64,000 bases of DNA from an uncultured Rickettsiales bacterium (GCA_964550685.1 CAZJZY010000004.1:29644-93643), one strand, 5' to 3'; counted from the stretch's first letter, positions 49,980-61,088 are shown. Numbers and translations are program-made. The notes: generated by a model not told the origin, from the letters alone.

Positions 49980-51221
49980 ATGGCTACACGTAAGAGTGTT
50001 TTAACAGCCTTGGTTGTTTGGTTATTTATCACTCTATTTTATTGTTATCAATATATTCTGCGTTTGTTACCAAATGTGGTAATGCCAGAATTAATGCAGC
50101 AATTTTCAGTGGGGGCTGTAGAATTTGGTGAATTTGCAGGAATTTATTACATTGGGTATATATTGATGCAAATTCCATTTGGCTTGTTGCTCAGTAGATT
50201 TGGTGGTAAAATTATTATTCCAATTAGTATTCTTACTTTAGCTTTAGGTTTATTGCCCATAGCAGTTAGTGATAATTGGCAATTAGTAATTTTGGGAAGG
50301 TTTCTCATAGGAGTTGGTGCTTCTGCGGCAATTGTCGGAGCCTTTCAAATCTTTAGAGCGGTTTTTCCTGATCATTTTACAATTATGTTAGGTGCATTGG
50401 TATGTGTTGGCTTGTTAACAGCTGTTTATGTGTCTAAGCCATTATCTATGGTAATTCATAGTCTTGGTATTGCCATGGCAGTAAAAAGCTTGGTATTTGG
50501 TGGGATTATTTTAGCTATGATAACTTATGTGGTGTTGCCTAGAATGCCTACGAGCAAAACTGATAATGTTTGGACAGATATTAAAGAAATTATTTGTAAT
50601 AAAAAGCTGTTAATTATGAGTTTTTTTGCTGGTATGATGGTTGCCCCATTAGAAGGTTTTGCTGACGCTTGGGGAACGGCATTTATTAGAGTGGTTTATG
50701 GAATTGAAAGATATACAGCTGATTCTATCATATCTACAATTTTGACTGGTATGTGTGTGGGTTCATTAATATTACCTTATTTAGCCGAAAGAACTAAAAA
50801 ATACTACATGACAACCATAATCTCTGGAATAATTATGGCATCTTGTTTTGCTTTTCTGCTATTAGGAAAAAGCAGTATTTTTATGCTATATATAATTAGT
50901 CTTATTATAGGTATTTGTAGCGCCTATCAAGTGGTGATTATTTCACGTATTTCAACTTACGTAAGAGTACAATTAAGTGGTATGGCTGCTGCTGTTAGTA
51001 ATATGATAGTTATGTCATTTGGTTATGTTTTTCACAAGTTAATAGCATATGTTGTTGAATATAATGCTAAGGTAGAAATTGTAGACTCTGTGGCAACATA
51101 TGGATATAATGATTATATATTCGGGATAGCGATAATTCCAATTGCAATAACAATAGCAGTGTTAGGTTTCATATGGGCTGTATTATTCAAGTATCGTCCT
51201 AAAAGAAATACAGAGATGTGA
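49980..51221 (+). CDS. MFS transporter
   Basis: About 12 TM. The ATG at 49980 (MATRKSVLTALVVWLF) is preferred over 49911. It has LSRFGGK- and GRFLIGVGAS-type MFS loops. Confidence 0.8.
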   Translation: MATRKSVLTALVVWLFITLFYCYQYILRLLPNVVMPELMQQFSVGAVEFGEFAGIYYIGYILMQIPFGLLLSRFGGKIIIPISILTLALGLLPIAVSDNWQLVILGRFLIGVGASAAIVGAFQIFRAVFPDHFTIMLGALVCVGLLTAVYVSKPLSMVIHSLGIAMAVKSLVFGGIILAMITYVVLPRMPTSKTDNVWTDIKEIICNKKLLIMSFFAGMMVAPLEGFADAWGTAFIRVVYGIERYTADSIISTILTGMCVGSLILPYLAERTKKYYMTTIISGIIMASCFAFLLLGKSSIFMLYIISLIIGICSAYQVVIISRISTYVRVQLSGMAAAVSNMIVMSFGYVFHKLIAYVVEYNAKVEIVDSVATYGYNDYIFGIAIIPIAITIAVLGFIWAVLFKYRPKRNTEM

Positions 51222-51913
51222 TGTCAGAAAAAACAAAAATCATTCGTAATCTAACTGTTCATGTTAAAACGGCTAAAGGGCGTAAAGTATCTTCAACTCG
51301 TTGGTTGCAAAGACAGCTTAATGATCCATATGTTCAATTGGCAAAAGCAGCTGGATATAGATCTAGAGCTGCGTATAAGATCCTAGAAATTCATGATAAA
51401 TACAAGCTATTCACCAAAGGGCAAGTGGTGGTGGATTTAGGCGCTGCGCCTGGTGGGTGGAGCCAAGTTGCTGCTGAAAAGATTGCTGCTGGAAAGCCTT
51501 GGGGTGGACAGGTATTGGCTATTGATTTATTGGAAATGGATCATATAGCTGGAGTAACAATTCTTTGTCAGAATTTTTTATCCTTGAGTAAAGAGGATAC
51601 ATTGTCTTGGTTGCAAGGAAAAAAAATAGACGTAGTATTAAGTGATATGGCAGCATCTGCTTCTGGTCATACTTTAACAGATCACTTGAGAATAATGCAG
51701 CTTTGTGAAGATGCTTTTTTCTTTGCTAAGGAACACTTAAAAGAAGGTGGAAGTTTTGTCGCCAAAATTTTAAGAGGTGGAACAGAAAATGAACTGCTTC
51801 ATTTATTAAAGCTTCATTTTAGACAGGTCAAGCATTTTAAACCCAAATCTAGTCGTGTTGATTCGGCGGAGATGTATGTGATTTGTACAGGATTTCGTTC
51901 TAAAGAGGAGTAA
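51221..51913 (+). CDS. rlmE: 23S rRNA (uridine2552-2'-O)-methyltransferase RlmE/FtsJ
   Basis: It has WLQRQLNDPYV, RSRAAYKILEI, DLGAAPGGWSQV and VLSDMA. Confidence 0.9.
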   Translation: MSEKTKIIRNLTVHVKTAKGRKVSSTRWLQRQLNDPYVQLAKAAGYRSRAAYKILEIHDKYKLFTKGQVVVDLGAAPGGWSQVAAEKIAAGKPWGGQVLAIDLLEMDHIAGVTILCQNFLSLSKEDTLSWLQGKKIDVVLSDMAASASGHTLTDHLRIMQLCEDAFFFAKEHLKEGGSFVAKILRGGTENELLHLLKLHFRQVKHFKPKSSRVDSAEMYVICTGFRSKEE

Positions 51914-51918
51914 AATTT

Positions 51919-52899
51919 ATGAAGAAATCCGTATGGCTCATAGTTGATGATAAGCCAGGTAATGCTAACCAAGCTATAGCTCTTGCTAAAGCAATGGGAT
52001 TTAATTATCAAATTAAGCATTTAAAATATAATTTATTAGCTAGATTGCCTAATTGGCTTAAGTTTGGTAGCCTTATAGGAGTTGATTTAAAGCGTAGCTC
52101 TAGCTTGGAGGAGCCATATCCAGATTTAATAATTTCTAGTGGTCGTAAAACGGCTGCTGTTAGCAATTACTTGAAGAAAATTCATCCTAAGATCTTTACA
52201 GTCCATTTAATGCATCCAGATTTACCATTTAAAGATTTTGATTTGGTATGCTTGCCATTTCATGATCAATGTGAGGGCTATAAGAGCTTTAAGAATATTA
52301 TTTATTCTATCGGTGCTCCGTGCTTTTTAGATTATAAAAAAATTCAAGAAAGCGCTAAGGCTTTTCCTAAATTAAATGGTCCCTTCGTTTCGTTAATCAT
52401 CGGTGGCAAAACAAAAAAAGGTGATTATTCAGAAGAAGAAATGAGATGGTTAATTTTAAAAGCTAATAAATTGACTTCTTCTATTAAAGGTACTTTGTTG
52501 ATAACAAATAGCCGAAGAACAAATCAGCATATAGATTTGCAAGACATTACAGTTCCCTATTATTTCTATGATTGGCATAAAATGAAGTTGCAAGATAATC
52601 CATATCCAGAGTTTTTACAGAAAAGTGACTATTTTATTACAACTGGAGATTCAGTTTCCACATGTTCTGAAGTTTTAGCCACTGGGAAACCATTATATGT
52701 TTATCGGAAAGATAATTTGTTATATTCTAAGCACAGAAAATTTTTAGATTCTTTATATAACTCTGGTTATATTAAATATCTAAAAGATGAAGTTTTGTCG
52801 CTTGAAGAATGGAGCTATCCTCCATTACAGGAAGCACAAAGAATTGGCAAGTTTATAGAAGAGAAATTAAAGGATGCTAATATTACTGTCTCCAGCTAA
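51919..52899 (+). CDS. ELM1/DUF1022-family protein (mitochondrial-fission ELM1-like)
   Basis: 326 aa. It starts VWLIVDDKPGNANQAIALAKAMG and has a central LIIGGKTKKG. The family assignment is from memory. Confidence 0.7.
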   Translation: MKKSVWLIVDDKPGNANQAIALAKAMGFNYQIKHLKYNLLARLPNWLKFGSLIGVDLKRSSSLEEPYPDLIISSGRKTAAVSNYLKKIHPKIFTVHLMHPDLPFKDFDLVCLPFHDQCEGYKSFKNIIYSIGAPCFLDYKKIQESAKAFPKLNGPFVSLIIGGKTKKGDYSEEEMRWLILKANKLTSSIKGTLLITNSRRTNQHIDLQDITVPYYFYDWHKMKLQDNPYPEFLQKSDYFITTGDSVSTCSEVLATGKPLYVYRKDNLLYSKHRKFLDSLYNSGYIKYLKDEVLSLEEWSYPPLQEAQRIGKFIEEKLKDANITVSS

Positions 52900-53617
52900 A
52901 ACACTTAATTTTAACTGCGATATTTCAGATCAAATTTGCACTTCTGTTCCTTATTTTGATAATGAAGCTCATCAATTAATACAAATTTTAAAAAAATACT
53001 CCTCTGAAGAATTGGCTAGTTTAATGAAAATGAGTCTAAAATTAGGAGAGTTTAATTATCAGCGCTTTCAGAATTATGATTCAAGCGATTCAAGGCCGGC
53101 TATATATGCTTATAATGGCGATGTTTATGAAGGATTTGAATTATCAGAATATAATCAAGAAACTCAAGCATTTGCTAATAAAACATTGCGTATTTTATCA
53201 GGACTTTACGGGATTTTAAAACCATTTGATTTAATAAAGGCTTATCGCTTAGAGATGTCAATTCATTTAAAAAATGAAAAAGGTAAGAATTTATATGATT
53301 TTTGGAGTAATAAACTAACAGATTATTTAAATAATGAACAAGGTAAATTTATAATTAACCTAGCTTCTCAAGAATATTCTTCGGTAATTAACTTAGAAAA
53401 AATAAATAAGAAAAGAATTGATGTTATATTTAAAGAAAAACAGAATAATGGGTATAAAATTATAGGATTACATGCAAAAAAAGCGCGTGGAGTTATGGCT
53501 AATTTTATTATTCGTAATTATATTGTGAATCCAGCACATATTAAAGATTTTAATTTGAACGGATATAAATATATGCCAGAGCTTTCATCAGAGGTTGAGT
53601 ATGTATTTATTAGGTAA
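52874..53617 (+). CDS. yaaA: peroxide stress protein YaaA (UPF0246)
   Basis: 247 aa. It starts MLILLSPAKTLNF and contains AYNGDVYEG and LSGLYGILKPFDLI. Confidence 0.9.
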   Translation: MLILLSPAKTLNFNCDISDQICTSVPYFDNEAHQLIQILKKYSSEELASLMKMSLKLGEFNYQRFQNYDSSDSRPAIYAYNGDVYEGFELSEYNQETQAFANKTLRILSGLYGILKPFDLIKAYRLEMSIHLKNEKGKNLYDFWSNKLTDYLNNEQGKFIINLASQEYSSVINLEKINKKRIDVIFKEKQNNGYKIIGLHAKKARGVMANFIIRNYIVNPAHIKDFNLNGYKYMPELSSEVEYVFIR

Positions 53618-54389
53618 GAATAAACTTCTTTTAAAAATATTTGCTATAATGCTTTGTTTAATTTCTAGTTATGCTATTGCAAGATCTTGGGATAGTGCAG
53701 CTGAAGTTTATATTGTGAAGCCTGGTGAAGATTGGAAAAAATTAGAAAAGAAATTTGATATTCCAGCTAAGGCATTGCAGCGCTATAATAAATCTCTTGG
53801 ACCTAAAGTGAATATTCCAGCTAAAATAATATATCAGGTGAAAGATGGTGAGACTTCTTTAGGAATAGCTGTAAAATATGGTATGACTTTTTCAGAATTA
53901 ATTGCCCTGAATAATTTACAAGATCCATATGCAGTAAAGCTAGGTCAAAAATTAAAAGTAATGGTTTTAAAAACTCAAGATAACTTAGTTATAAAACCAG
54001 CTAATAATATTAAATTACAATTGTCTTGGCCTCTTAAGGGAAAAATTACTAGTAAATTTGGGATTCAAGAAAATGGAGCCAATCATGATGGTATTCGTCT
54101 TCTTGGTGTGAATGATGATAAGGTAAAAGCGGTTGCTAAAGGAAAAATTGTATATGTTGGTAATGAAATAGGAAGCTATGGTAATTTAGTGATTATTCAA
54201 CATGACGGAGATTGGTTTTCTAGCTATGGTCATTTAAGTACAATTAATGTTACTAAAGGTGAAGAAGTGAAGTTGAAGCAAATTATTGGTACTATAGAAA
54301 ATGCAGAGCTATATTTTAGTTTAAGAAAGAGAGAGAAAGCAATGGATCCTCAGAAATATTTACCAAAACGTGTTAAGAGGAAAAAATGA
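53601..54389 (+). CDS. LysM-domain M23-family peptidoglycan endopeptidase
   Basis: A signal peptide and two LysM-like segments (YIVKPGEDWKKL, YQVKDGETSLGIAVKYG) precede the M23 core (NHDGIRLLG, GSYGNLVIIQHDGDWFSSYGHL). Confidence 0.85.
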   Translation: MYLLGKNKLLLKIFAIMLCLISSYAIARSWDSAAEVYIVKPGEDWKKLEKKFDIPAKALQRYNKSLGPKVNIPAKIIYQVKDGETSLGIAVKYGMTFSELIALNNLQDPYAVKLGQKLKVMVLKTQDNLVIKPANNIKLQLSWPLKGKITSKFGIQENGANHDGIRLLGVNDDKVKAVAKGKIVYVGNEIGSYGNLVIIQHDGDWFSSYGHLSTINVTKGEEVKLKQIIGTIENAELYFSLRKREKAMDPQKYLPKRVKRKK

Positions 54390-55717
54390 ATAGATTAAAT
54401 TTGCTCAGTGATGTAATCGATAAGGCTTTAAAATTAGGGGCTAGCGATGTAGATGCAATTATAATAGATTCTACCAGCATAAGTACGGAAGTGCGTTTAG
54501 AAAAATTGGTAAACATTGAAAGATCTGAGAATGCAGCAATAGCTTTGAGGGTTTTGATCAATCAGAGTCAAGCAATTGTATCGACTGCAGATTTTAGCTC
54601 TTCATCTTTAGATGATGCTATTAACAGAGCTATTGCAATGGCTAAAGTTACTCCTAAGAATCCACATTTATTTTTAGCGAATAAAGAGCAAATAACTGAT
54701 GAAGTTTTCAATTTGAATCTTTATGATCCAGATGAACCATCGGCTGAAAGTCTCATTGAAAAAGCTAAACTTACGGAAAGCTATGCATTAAGTAATAAAG
54801 AGATCACTAATTCTGAAGGTTCTGCTGCGCATTATAATGCTGGAAGAATTTATTTTGCCACAAGTAATGGGTTCTCAAATTATTATCAAACTTCAAGCAG
54901 TGCCTTATCTCTGAGCGTTATAGCGGGAGAGAATGAAAACATGCAAACAGGTGATGCTTATTCAGTGGCTAGATTTGCAGAAGATTTAAAATCTTCTAAA
55001 GAAATAGGCCTGGAAGCTGCTCAGCAGGCTATAGCTAAAATGAATCCACGTAAATTACCTACGGCTGAAATGACGGTTATTTTTGATAGAAAAATGGCTA
55101 GAGGATTGCTTGGGGCTTTTGCAAGTGCTATTAATGGTGCATCAATTAGTAGAGGAGCTAGTTTCCTAATTGACCATTTAGGAAAAGAGATTTTTAATAA
55201 TAATATCCATATTATAGACGATCCATTTATTATAAAAGGTTTAAGTTCTCGTCCGTTTGATGCAGAAGCAGTTCTTGGGAAGAAACTTAATATAATCAAT
55301 GATGGTGTTTTAAATAGTTATTTTCTAGATTTACAGACAGCTAGTAAGTTAAACTTACAAACTACAGGGCATGCTACACGTGGTCTTTCCAGCGCTCCAA
55401 CGCCTAGCTGTACAAATCTATATATGCAAGCTGGAAAAGTTTCTCTTAAAGATATGATTAAATCTATTAAAAATGGCCTATTAGTAACTGAAGTTTTTGG
55501 CCATGGGGCAAATATAATTACAGGAGATTATAGTCAAGGTGTTAGTGGATTTTATATTGAGAATGGAGAAATATCTTATCCAGTAAGCGAGATCACTATA
55601 GCAAGTAATTTAAAGTATATGTTTAAAAGCATGATCCCAGCTGATGACTTAAAATTTGAATACAGTATAAATAGTCCATCATTATTAATAGAAAAAATGA
55701 CAATAGCTGGAGTTTGA
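54386..55717 (+). CDS. pmbA: PmbA/TldE (TldD/PmbA family) metalloprotease
   Basis: 443 aa with GASDVDAII, the C-terminal ITGDYSQGVSGFYIENGEISYPV and EITIASN. Confidence 0.85.
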   Translation: MNRLNLLSDVIDKALKLGASDVDAIIIDSTSISTEVRLEKLVNIERSENAAIALRVLINQSQAIVSTADFSSSSLDDAINRAIAMAKVTPKNPHLFLANKEQITDEVFNLNLYDPDEPSAESLIEKAKLTESYALSNKEITNSEGSAAHYNAGRIYFATSNGFSNYYQTSSSALSLSVIAGENENMQTGDAYSVARFAEDLKSSKEIGLEAAQQAIAKMNPRKLPTAEMTVIFDRKMARGLLGAFASAINGASISRGASFLIDHLGKEIFNNNIHIIDDPFIIKGLSSRPFDAEAVLGKKLNIINDGVLNSYFLDLQTASKLNLQTTGHATRGLSSAPTPSCTNLYMQAGKVSLKDMIKSIKNGLLVTEVFGHGANIITGDYSQGVSGFYIENGEISYPVSEITIASNLKYMFKSMIPADDLKFEYSINSPSLLIEKMTIAGV

Positions 55718-57456
55718 GTGTGAGTGGATTTTATTTACTAAAACGTTTATTTAAAGGGTTTATTAAGCCATATATATTCAAGCTTTCTTTAGCTGTTATT
55801 GCTATGGTGATTATGGCTCTATCAAATGCATTTCATGTGTGGTTAGTTAAGCCCGCTTTGGATAAAATATTTTTCCATTTAGATAAGGAGATGTTATTAA
55901 TAATTCCAATTGCTATGGTTGCAGTTGGAGCTATAAAAGCTTTAGCCACTTACTTTCAAAATTTTTATATGAAATTTGTGGGGCAGAGGATAATTACAGA
56001 TATTCAAGCTAAGCTTTATGCTCATTTAATTTATTCAGATTTACCATATTTGCAGCAATTTTCTACTGGTAAAATTATTTCTCGTTTTTCTAATGATATA
56101 ATGACGATGCGTGCCTCTCTTTCCAATGTGCTAACTGGTATAGCTAAAGAGTTTTTAACAGTAGTGTTTTTGATACTAGTGATGTTTAATCTAAATTGGC
56201 AATTAGCATTATTAATTTTCGGAGTTTTTCCATTGGCAATTTATCCTATTATAAGAATGGGAAAAAGAATGCGTAAAATTTCTTTATCAACCCAAGAAAG
56301 CTTAGGGCATTATACAAGTCAATTAGATGAAACATTTAAAGCTATAAAAGAAGTTAAGTCTTATCATGCTGAAAGATATGAAATAGGAAAGTCAAATAAT
56401 ATTTTAAATAATATTTTTGGGCTTTATGTACAGGCGATTCGCACTGAGTCTCTAGCTTCTCCTATTATTGAAGTAATTAGTAGCTTGGCCATTGCAGGAG
56501 TTATCTGGTATGCGGGGCATGAAGTAATTGCAGGTAGCAGCAGTCCGGGAAGTTTTATAGCCTTTATAGGCGCTTTTGTTGCAGCTTATAGGCCATTAAA
56601 AAGCTTAGCAGAGTTAAATAATAATCTGCAAGAAGGTTTAGCAGCTAGTAAAAGACTATTTGATGTATTGGATGTGAAGCCACAAATTATAGATCATCCA
56701 GGATGTGGTCCTTTAAAAATAAAACAAGCTGAAATTAAATTTAATAACATCAGTTTTAGTTATAAAAAACAGCCGCTTTTTAATAATCTGTCTTTCGATA
56801 TAACTCCTGGTAAAGTTATTGCATTTGTTGGTAGTTCTGGCAGTGGAAAAACTACTATTGCTAATTTATTACTTAGATTCTACGAGACAGATTCAGGCGA
56901 AATTCTAATTGATGGACAAAATATTAAAGAGGTTTCTTTGGAGTCTTTGCGTGGACAAATTACTATGGTTAGCCAAGATATTCTATTATTTGATGATACA
57001 ATTGCTGCTAATATTTCATATGGTAAATTAAAATCTAGCAACAAAGAAATTATAGCTGCAGCTAAAGCTTCTGCTGCTGAAGAATTTATTGATCAGTTAC
57101 CTGAAAAATATAATACAATGATTGGTCAAAGTGGGTTTAAATTATCTGGTGGACAAAAACAACGTATTTCCATTGCTAGAGCTATATTAAAAAGTAGTCC
57201 GATAATAATTTTTGATGAAGCTACTTCTGCGTTAGACAATATTTCTGAAGCTACAATTCAAAATAGTATATTTGCTCTTAAGGGGCAGGGTAGGTCTATT
57301 ATTATTATTGCTCATCGCCTTTCCACAATCATTAATAGTGATTTGATTTATGTATTAGATAAAGGGAAAATTATTGCTTCAGGAAATCACCAAGAATTAC
57401 TCAAGAAATCCACATATTATAGAGAGCTTTATTCTAAGTCTCAGAGCGAGACATAA
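55714..57456 (+). CDS. msbA: lipid A/lipid exporter-type ABC transporter (MsbA-like), fused permease/ATPase
   Basis: 580 aa. A six-TM half is followed by GSSGSGKTT, LSGGQKQRISIARA and IIIFDEATSALD. Confidence 0.8.
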   Translation: MSVSGFYLLKRLFKGFIKPYIFKLSLAVIAMVIMALSNAFHVWLVKPALDKIFFHLDKEMLLIIPIAMVAVGAIKALATYFQNFYMKFVGQRIITDIQAKLYAHLIYSDLPYLQQFSTGKIISRFSNDIMTMRASLSNVLTGIAKEFLTVVFLILVMFNLNWQLALLIFGVFPLAIYPIIRMGKRMRKISLSTQESLGHYTSQLDETFKAIKEVKSYHAERYEIGKSNNILNNIFGLYVQAIRTESLASPIIEVISSLAIAGVIWYAGHEVIAGSSSPGSFIAFIGAFVAAYRPLKSLAELNNNLQEGLAASKRLFDVLDVKPQIIDHPGCGPLKIKQAEIKFNNISFSYKKQPLFNNLSFDITPGKVIAFVGSSGSGKTTIANLLLRFYETDSGEILIDGQNIKEVSLESLRGQITMVSQDILLFDDTIAANISYGKLKSSNKEIIAAAKASAAEEFIDQLPEKYNTMIGQSGFKLSGGQKQRISIARAILKSSPIIIFDEATSALDNISEATIQNSIFALKGQGRSIIIIAHRLSTIINSDLIYVLDKGKIIASGNHQELLKKSTYYRELYSKSQSET

Positions 57457-57541
57457 TATAGTATAACTATATAAAATAAATCTTTTATTGCTTCATTTAT
57501 TTTTTCTATTTGTTATAATTTTCCTCAATATTGGAGTGTTT

Positions 57542-58531
57542 ATGTCAAATCACAAAACTGCCTTAGATAATATTAAACATCTTGCTCAAGATGATTTAAG
57601 AGCTATGGATCTGGTAATAGAAAAAAGGTTATTAGAGAAAGAACAATTAGTTCAAGATATTACTTATCATATAATTAGTTCTGGTGGCAAAAGATTAAGG
57701 CCTGTTTTATCAATTTTAAGTGCTAAATTATTTGGCTATAGTGGTGAAAGGCATATTAATTTAGCTGCTGCAGTGGAGTTTATTCATACTGCCACTTTGC
57801 TTCATGATGATGTAGTAGATCATAGTAATTTGCGCCGGGGGTTACCAACTGCCAATAAGAACTGGGATAATAAATCTAGCATTTTAGTAGGAGATTTTTT
57901 ATTCAGTCAATCATTTGTTTTGATGTCAGAGGATAATGATTTAAATATACTTCGTATATTATCTAGAGCAGCTTCAATTATTGCTGAAGGAGAAGTGCAT
58001 CAGCTATCTTCAATTTCTAATTTAGAATTAGATATAGATAATTATTTGAGAATTATTTCTGCTAAGACAGCTGAATTATTTGCAGCTTCATGTCAAGTTG
58101 GTGCTGCAGTTGCCAATCAAGATGAAATATTGCAATTAGCAATGTATCATTTTGGATTAAATTTAGGCATAGCTTTTCAAATAATGGATGATGTTTTAGA
58201 TTATATGGCGGAAGGGGTCGCCTTAGGGAAAAATATAGGTGATGATTTCAGAGAAGGAAAAGTTACTTTGCCTATTATTATAGCTTATGAATTAAGTGAT
58301 TTCAATGAGAGAGAATTCTGGCAAAGAGCTTTTTCTACAGCTAATCATGAAGCAGAAGATTTCACTAAAGCTCTAGAAATTCTTAATAAATATAACGTTA
58401 TGGATAGCTGCTTGAATATGGCTTCAGATTTTATTAATAAAGCAAAAACTCATATAGCTATAGCTCCAGATAATCAAATAAAATCAGCGTTAATTGAAGT
58501 GCTAAATTTTTCAATTAATAGAGAATTTTAA
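57542..58531 (+). CDS. ispB: octaprenyl (long-chain polyprenyl) diphosphate synthase
   Basis: The DDxxD motifs are LLHDDVVDHS and IMDDVLDY. The ATG at 57542, preceded by GGAG, is preferred over TTG 57488. Confidence 0.9.
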   Translation: MSNHKTALDNIKHLAQDDLRAMDLVIEKRLLEKEQLVQDITYHIISSGGKRLRPVLSILSAKLFGYSGERHINLAAAVEFIHTATLLHDDVVDHSNLRRGLPTANKNWDNKSSILVGDFLFSQSFVLMSEDNDLNILRILSRAASIIAEGEVHQLSSISNLELDIDNYLRIISAKTAELFAASCQVGAAVANQDEILQLAMYHFGLNLGIAFQIMDDVLDYMAEGVALGKNIGDDFREGKVTLPIIIAYELSDFNEREFWQRAFSTANHEAEDFTKALEILNKYNVMDSCLNMASDFINKAKTHIAIAPDNQIKSALIEVLNFSINREF

Positions 58532-58548
58532 ATATAATAGGTTGTTTT

Positions 58549-59295
58549 ATGCGTTTATTTTTAAAATATTTTTTTATTACGATGTTATTGATATGTACGA
58601 TACTTGTACTAGATTTATATATTTTTAATAAGCAGCGCGAAAAAAACAGCGTAATGGAATATAATAAGTTATTAAATATTTCTTTTGATCAAGCTTTTAA
58701 GGATTATTATCTTGCTCAGTTAGATGAGTCTCCTACTATAAAAAGAGGAGAGGGGTTTGCTAAGATGTTTGCTTTAGCCGAAGAACAGAGTATACGAACA
58801 AAAAAACCAATTATAGTGCTGGAAACAGGTTCAATAAGAAAAACCCATTTAAATTTTTCTAAAGATGGATCTTCAACTCTTATTTTTAACCATTTCGTTA
58901 AAGATAAAAATGGAAAACTATATACGGTTGATTTGAATCCTAAATGTAAAATTATCATTGAAAATATTTATAAGCTAAAAAATACAGAATCATATACATT
59001 AGATTCAGTAGAGTACTTAGAGAAATTTAAGACTCCTCAGGATATAACAATTTTATATTTAGACTCGTATGATGTGGATTTTAAAAATTCTACTCCTTCC
59101 GCTGAACATCATTTAAAGGAAATTGAAGCAATTTTTGACAAGCTTGCGCCAGGTACTACTATTGTTATAGATGATAACAAGGTTATTAATGGCAAGCCTG
59201 TAGGTAAAGGGTATTTAGTAGAAAAATTCCTTCAAGATAAAAATACTAATTTGGTTTATGATGGATATATTAAGCTATTTCAGATTAAATCTTAA
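58549..59295 (+). CDS. membrane-anchored class I SAM-methyltransferase-like protein (Methyltransf_24-like), tentative
   Basis: 248 aa with an N-terminal TM. IIVLETGSIR, ILYLDSYD and GTTIVIDDN resemble the SAM-MTase fold order. The assignment is weak. Confidence 0.4.
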   Translation: MRLFLKYFFITMLLICTILVLDLYIFNKQREKNSVMEYNKLLNISFDQAFKDYYLAQLDESPTIKRGEGFAKMFALAEEQSIRTKKPIIVLETGSIRKTHLNFSKDGSSTLIFNHFVKDKNGKLYTVDLNPKCKIIIENIYKLKNTESYTLDSVEYLEKFKTPQDITILYLDSYDVDFKNSTPSAEHHLKEIEAIFDKLAPGTTIVIDDNKVINGKPVGKGYLVEKFLQDKNTNLVYDGYIKLFQIKS

Positions 59296-59322
59296 TTATA
59301 ACATCTCAGTAGCAAAAATTTT

Positions 59323-60474
59323 ATGAATTTAATCTATTTATTGATGATTTCTTTAATCAATTGCTGTGTAGAGCTAGAAATTTCTGCACCCAGCTTTCCT
59401 GATATAATGAATCATTTTGCAGCATCAGAGGCTGACGTAGGATTAAGTATAACTTATAATTTATTAGGTTTTTGTTTAGCATCTCTTGTCTATGGTCCTC
59501 TATCTGACTGCTATGGTCGTAGAAACATCATGATTATTGGAAATGCTATTTTAACGTTAGGAGCTTTTGCTTGCGTTGTGTCTCCATCCATTGAATGGCT
59601 TTTAGTCGCAAGGTTTGTACAAGGCATAGGTGCCGCCAGCTCAGCTGTTGTAGTTCCGGCTATAATTGCCGATGTGTATACGAGAGAAAAATCTGCCAAG
59701 CTTTATGGTATCATGAATACGGTTTTTAGTAGCATTATGGGATTATCTCCGGTGATAGGTGGATTTATTAATAATGCCATTGGCTGGCGTGGAAACTATG
59801 GATTTGTAACTAGTATTTGCATTCTTTCATGGATTTTATTATATCGTTATTTACCAGAAACAAAAGCGGTTAAAGATTCTCCAAATCTTGGAAAAATTTA
59901 TAAAGATTATAAGAAATTATTATCAAGTGTTGTTTTTATAGGTGCAGCATCAATGCCAAGCTTATCATATGGTTGCTATATGGCTTTTGTTGCAATCGCT
60001 CCTTTTATATATATGAAAATATTTGAACTAGATATTTTGTATTATACTTGTCACCAAGCCGTAATAGTATTTGTTTTTTCTTTTACAAGTTTTATAGCAA
60101 ATAAAATTACATCTAGAATAGGAATTACAAGATCCATTCATATTAGTCTAGGTTGTTATATAGTAGGAAGTTTTCTAATGTTATTTGCTTGGTCACCTTA
60201 CTCTTTGACTATTTTTAATTGTATATTTTCTATTGGTGCTGCGGTTCTTTATCCTATCATATTTGCAAGATCTGTAGAAATTTTTCCAGAAATTAAAGGC
60301 ACAGCAGCCTCTGTTATTATGAGTGCTAGATATTTAATATGTTCTATTATTACTGGTTCTGCCAGTTATTTTTATAATGGAGAAGTGTTGTCCTTGGCAT
60401 TAGTAATATTTCTAACCACATGCGTTATTGTGTGGATTACTATTTATTTATTGAGGAAATTAGATTTTAAATAA
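59323..60474 (+). CDS. MFS transporter, Bcr/CflA drug-resistance subfamily-like
   Basis: 383 aa, polytopic, with GPLSDCYGRRNIMI and ARFVQGIGAAS. Confidence 0.8.
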   Translation: MNLIYLLMISLINCCVELEISAPSFPDIMNHFAASEADVGLSITYNLLGFCLASLVYGPLSDCYGRRNIMIIGNAILTLGAFACVVSPSIEWLLVARFVQGIGAASSAVVVPAIIADVYTREKSAKLYGIMNTVFSSIMGLSPVIGGFINNAIGWRGNYGFVTSICILSWILLYRYLPETKAVKDSPNLGKIYKDYKKLLSSVVFIGAASMPSLSYGCYMAFVAIAPFIYMKIFELDILYYTCHQAVIVFVFSFTSFIANKITSRIGITRSIHISLGCYIVGSFLMLFAWSPYSLTIFNCIFSIGAAVLYPIIFARSVEIFPEIKGTAASVIMSARYLICSIITGSASYFYNGEVLSLALVIFLTTCVIVWITIYLLRKLDFK

Positions 60475-60524
60475 ACCATTTATTAACGAAATATGCTGTA
60501 TTATGAGATATAGAGGAGTAAATT

Positions 60525-61088
60525 ATGCCAAGAAATACCAAATACATAAAAAAATTATTGGATGTGCAGAGTGCCCATCAAAAAATGATGAATCAAATAG
60601 TTCTTAATGCTATAGAAGAGCAGGAAGGTTTAGTTCATAAATTATTTGAAGAAGAGCGCAATATTAAACTAACCATAGGGCAAAAAATTTCTGATGCCAT
60701 TGCCAGCTTTGGTGGAAGTTGGCCTTTTATTTTTATTTTCTTCGTTTTGTTGTTTGGTTGGATGGCTTTGAATAGCTTATTGGCTGACAAGGCATTTGAC
60801 CCATATCCATATATTCTTCTTAATTTAGTATTGTCATGTATAGCTGCAATACAAGCTCCTATAATTTTAATGAGTCAAAACCGCAAAGAAGTTAGGGAAA
60901 CTAAGCGTGCTCAAGATGCTTATTTAATTAATCTTAAATCAGAGTTAGAAAATCGTGCAATGGACCAAAAGCTCAATTTGCTTATTAATGAAGAATTCAA
61001 TGAATTAATTGAAATACAGAAAATACAAATTAGCAAATTAGAAAATATAGAATCGTCTTTAAAGAAACATCATCATAGCCATAACTAA
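60525..61088 (+). CDS. DUF1003-family membrane protein
   Basis: 187 aa. FDPYPYILLNLVLSCIAAIQAPIILMSQNRKE is the hallmark DUF1003 block. Confidence 0.7.
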   Translation: MPRNTKYIKKLLDVQSAHQKMMNQIVLNAIEEQEGLVHKLFEEERNIKLTIGQKISDAIASFGGSWPFIFIFFVLLFGWMALNSLLADKAFDPYPYILLNLVLSCIAAIQAPIILMSQNRKEVRETKRAQDAYLINLKSELENRAMDQKLNLLINEEFNELIEIQKIQISKLENIESSLKKHHHSHN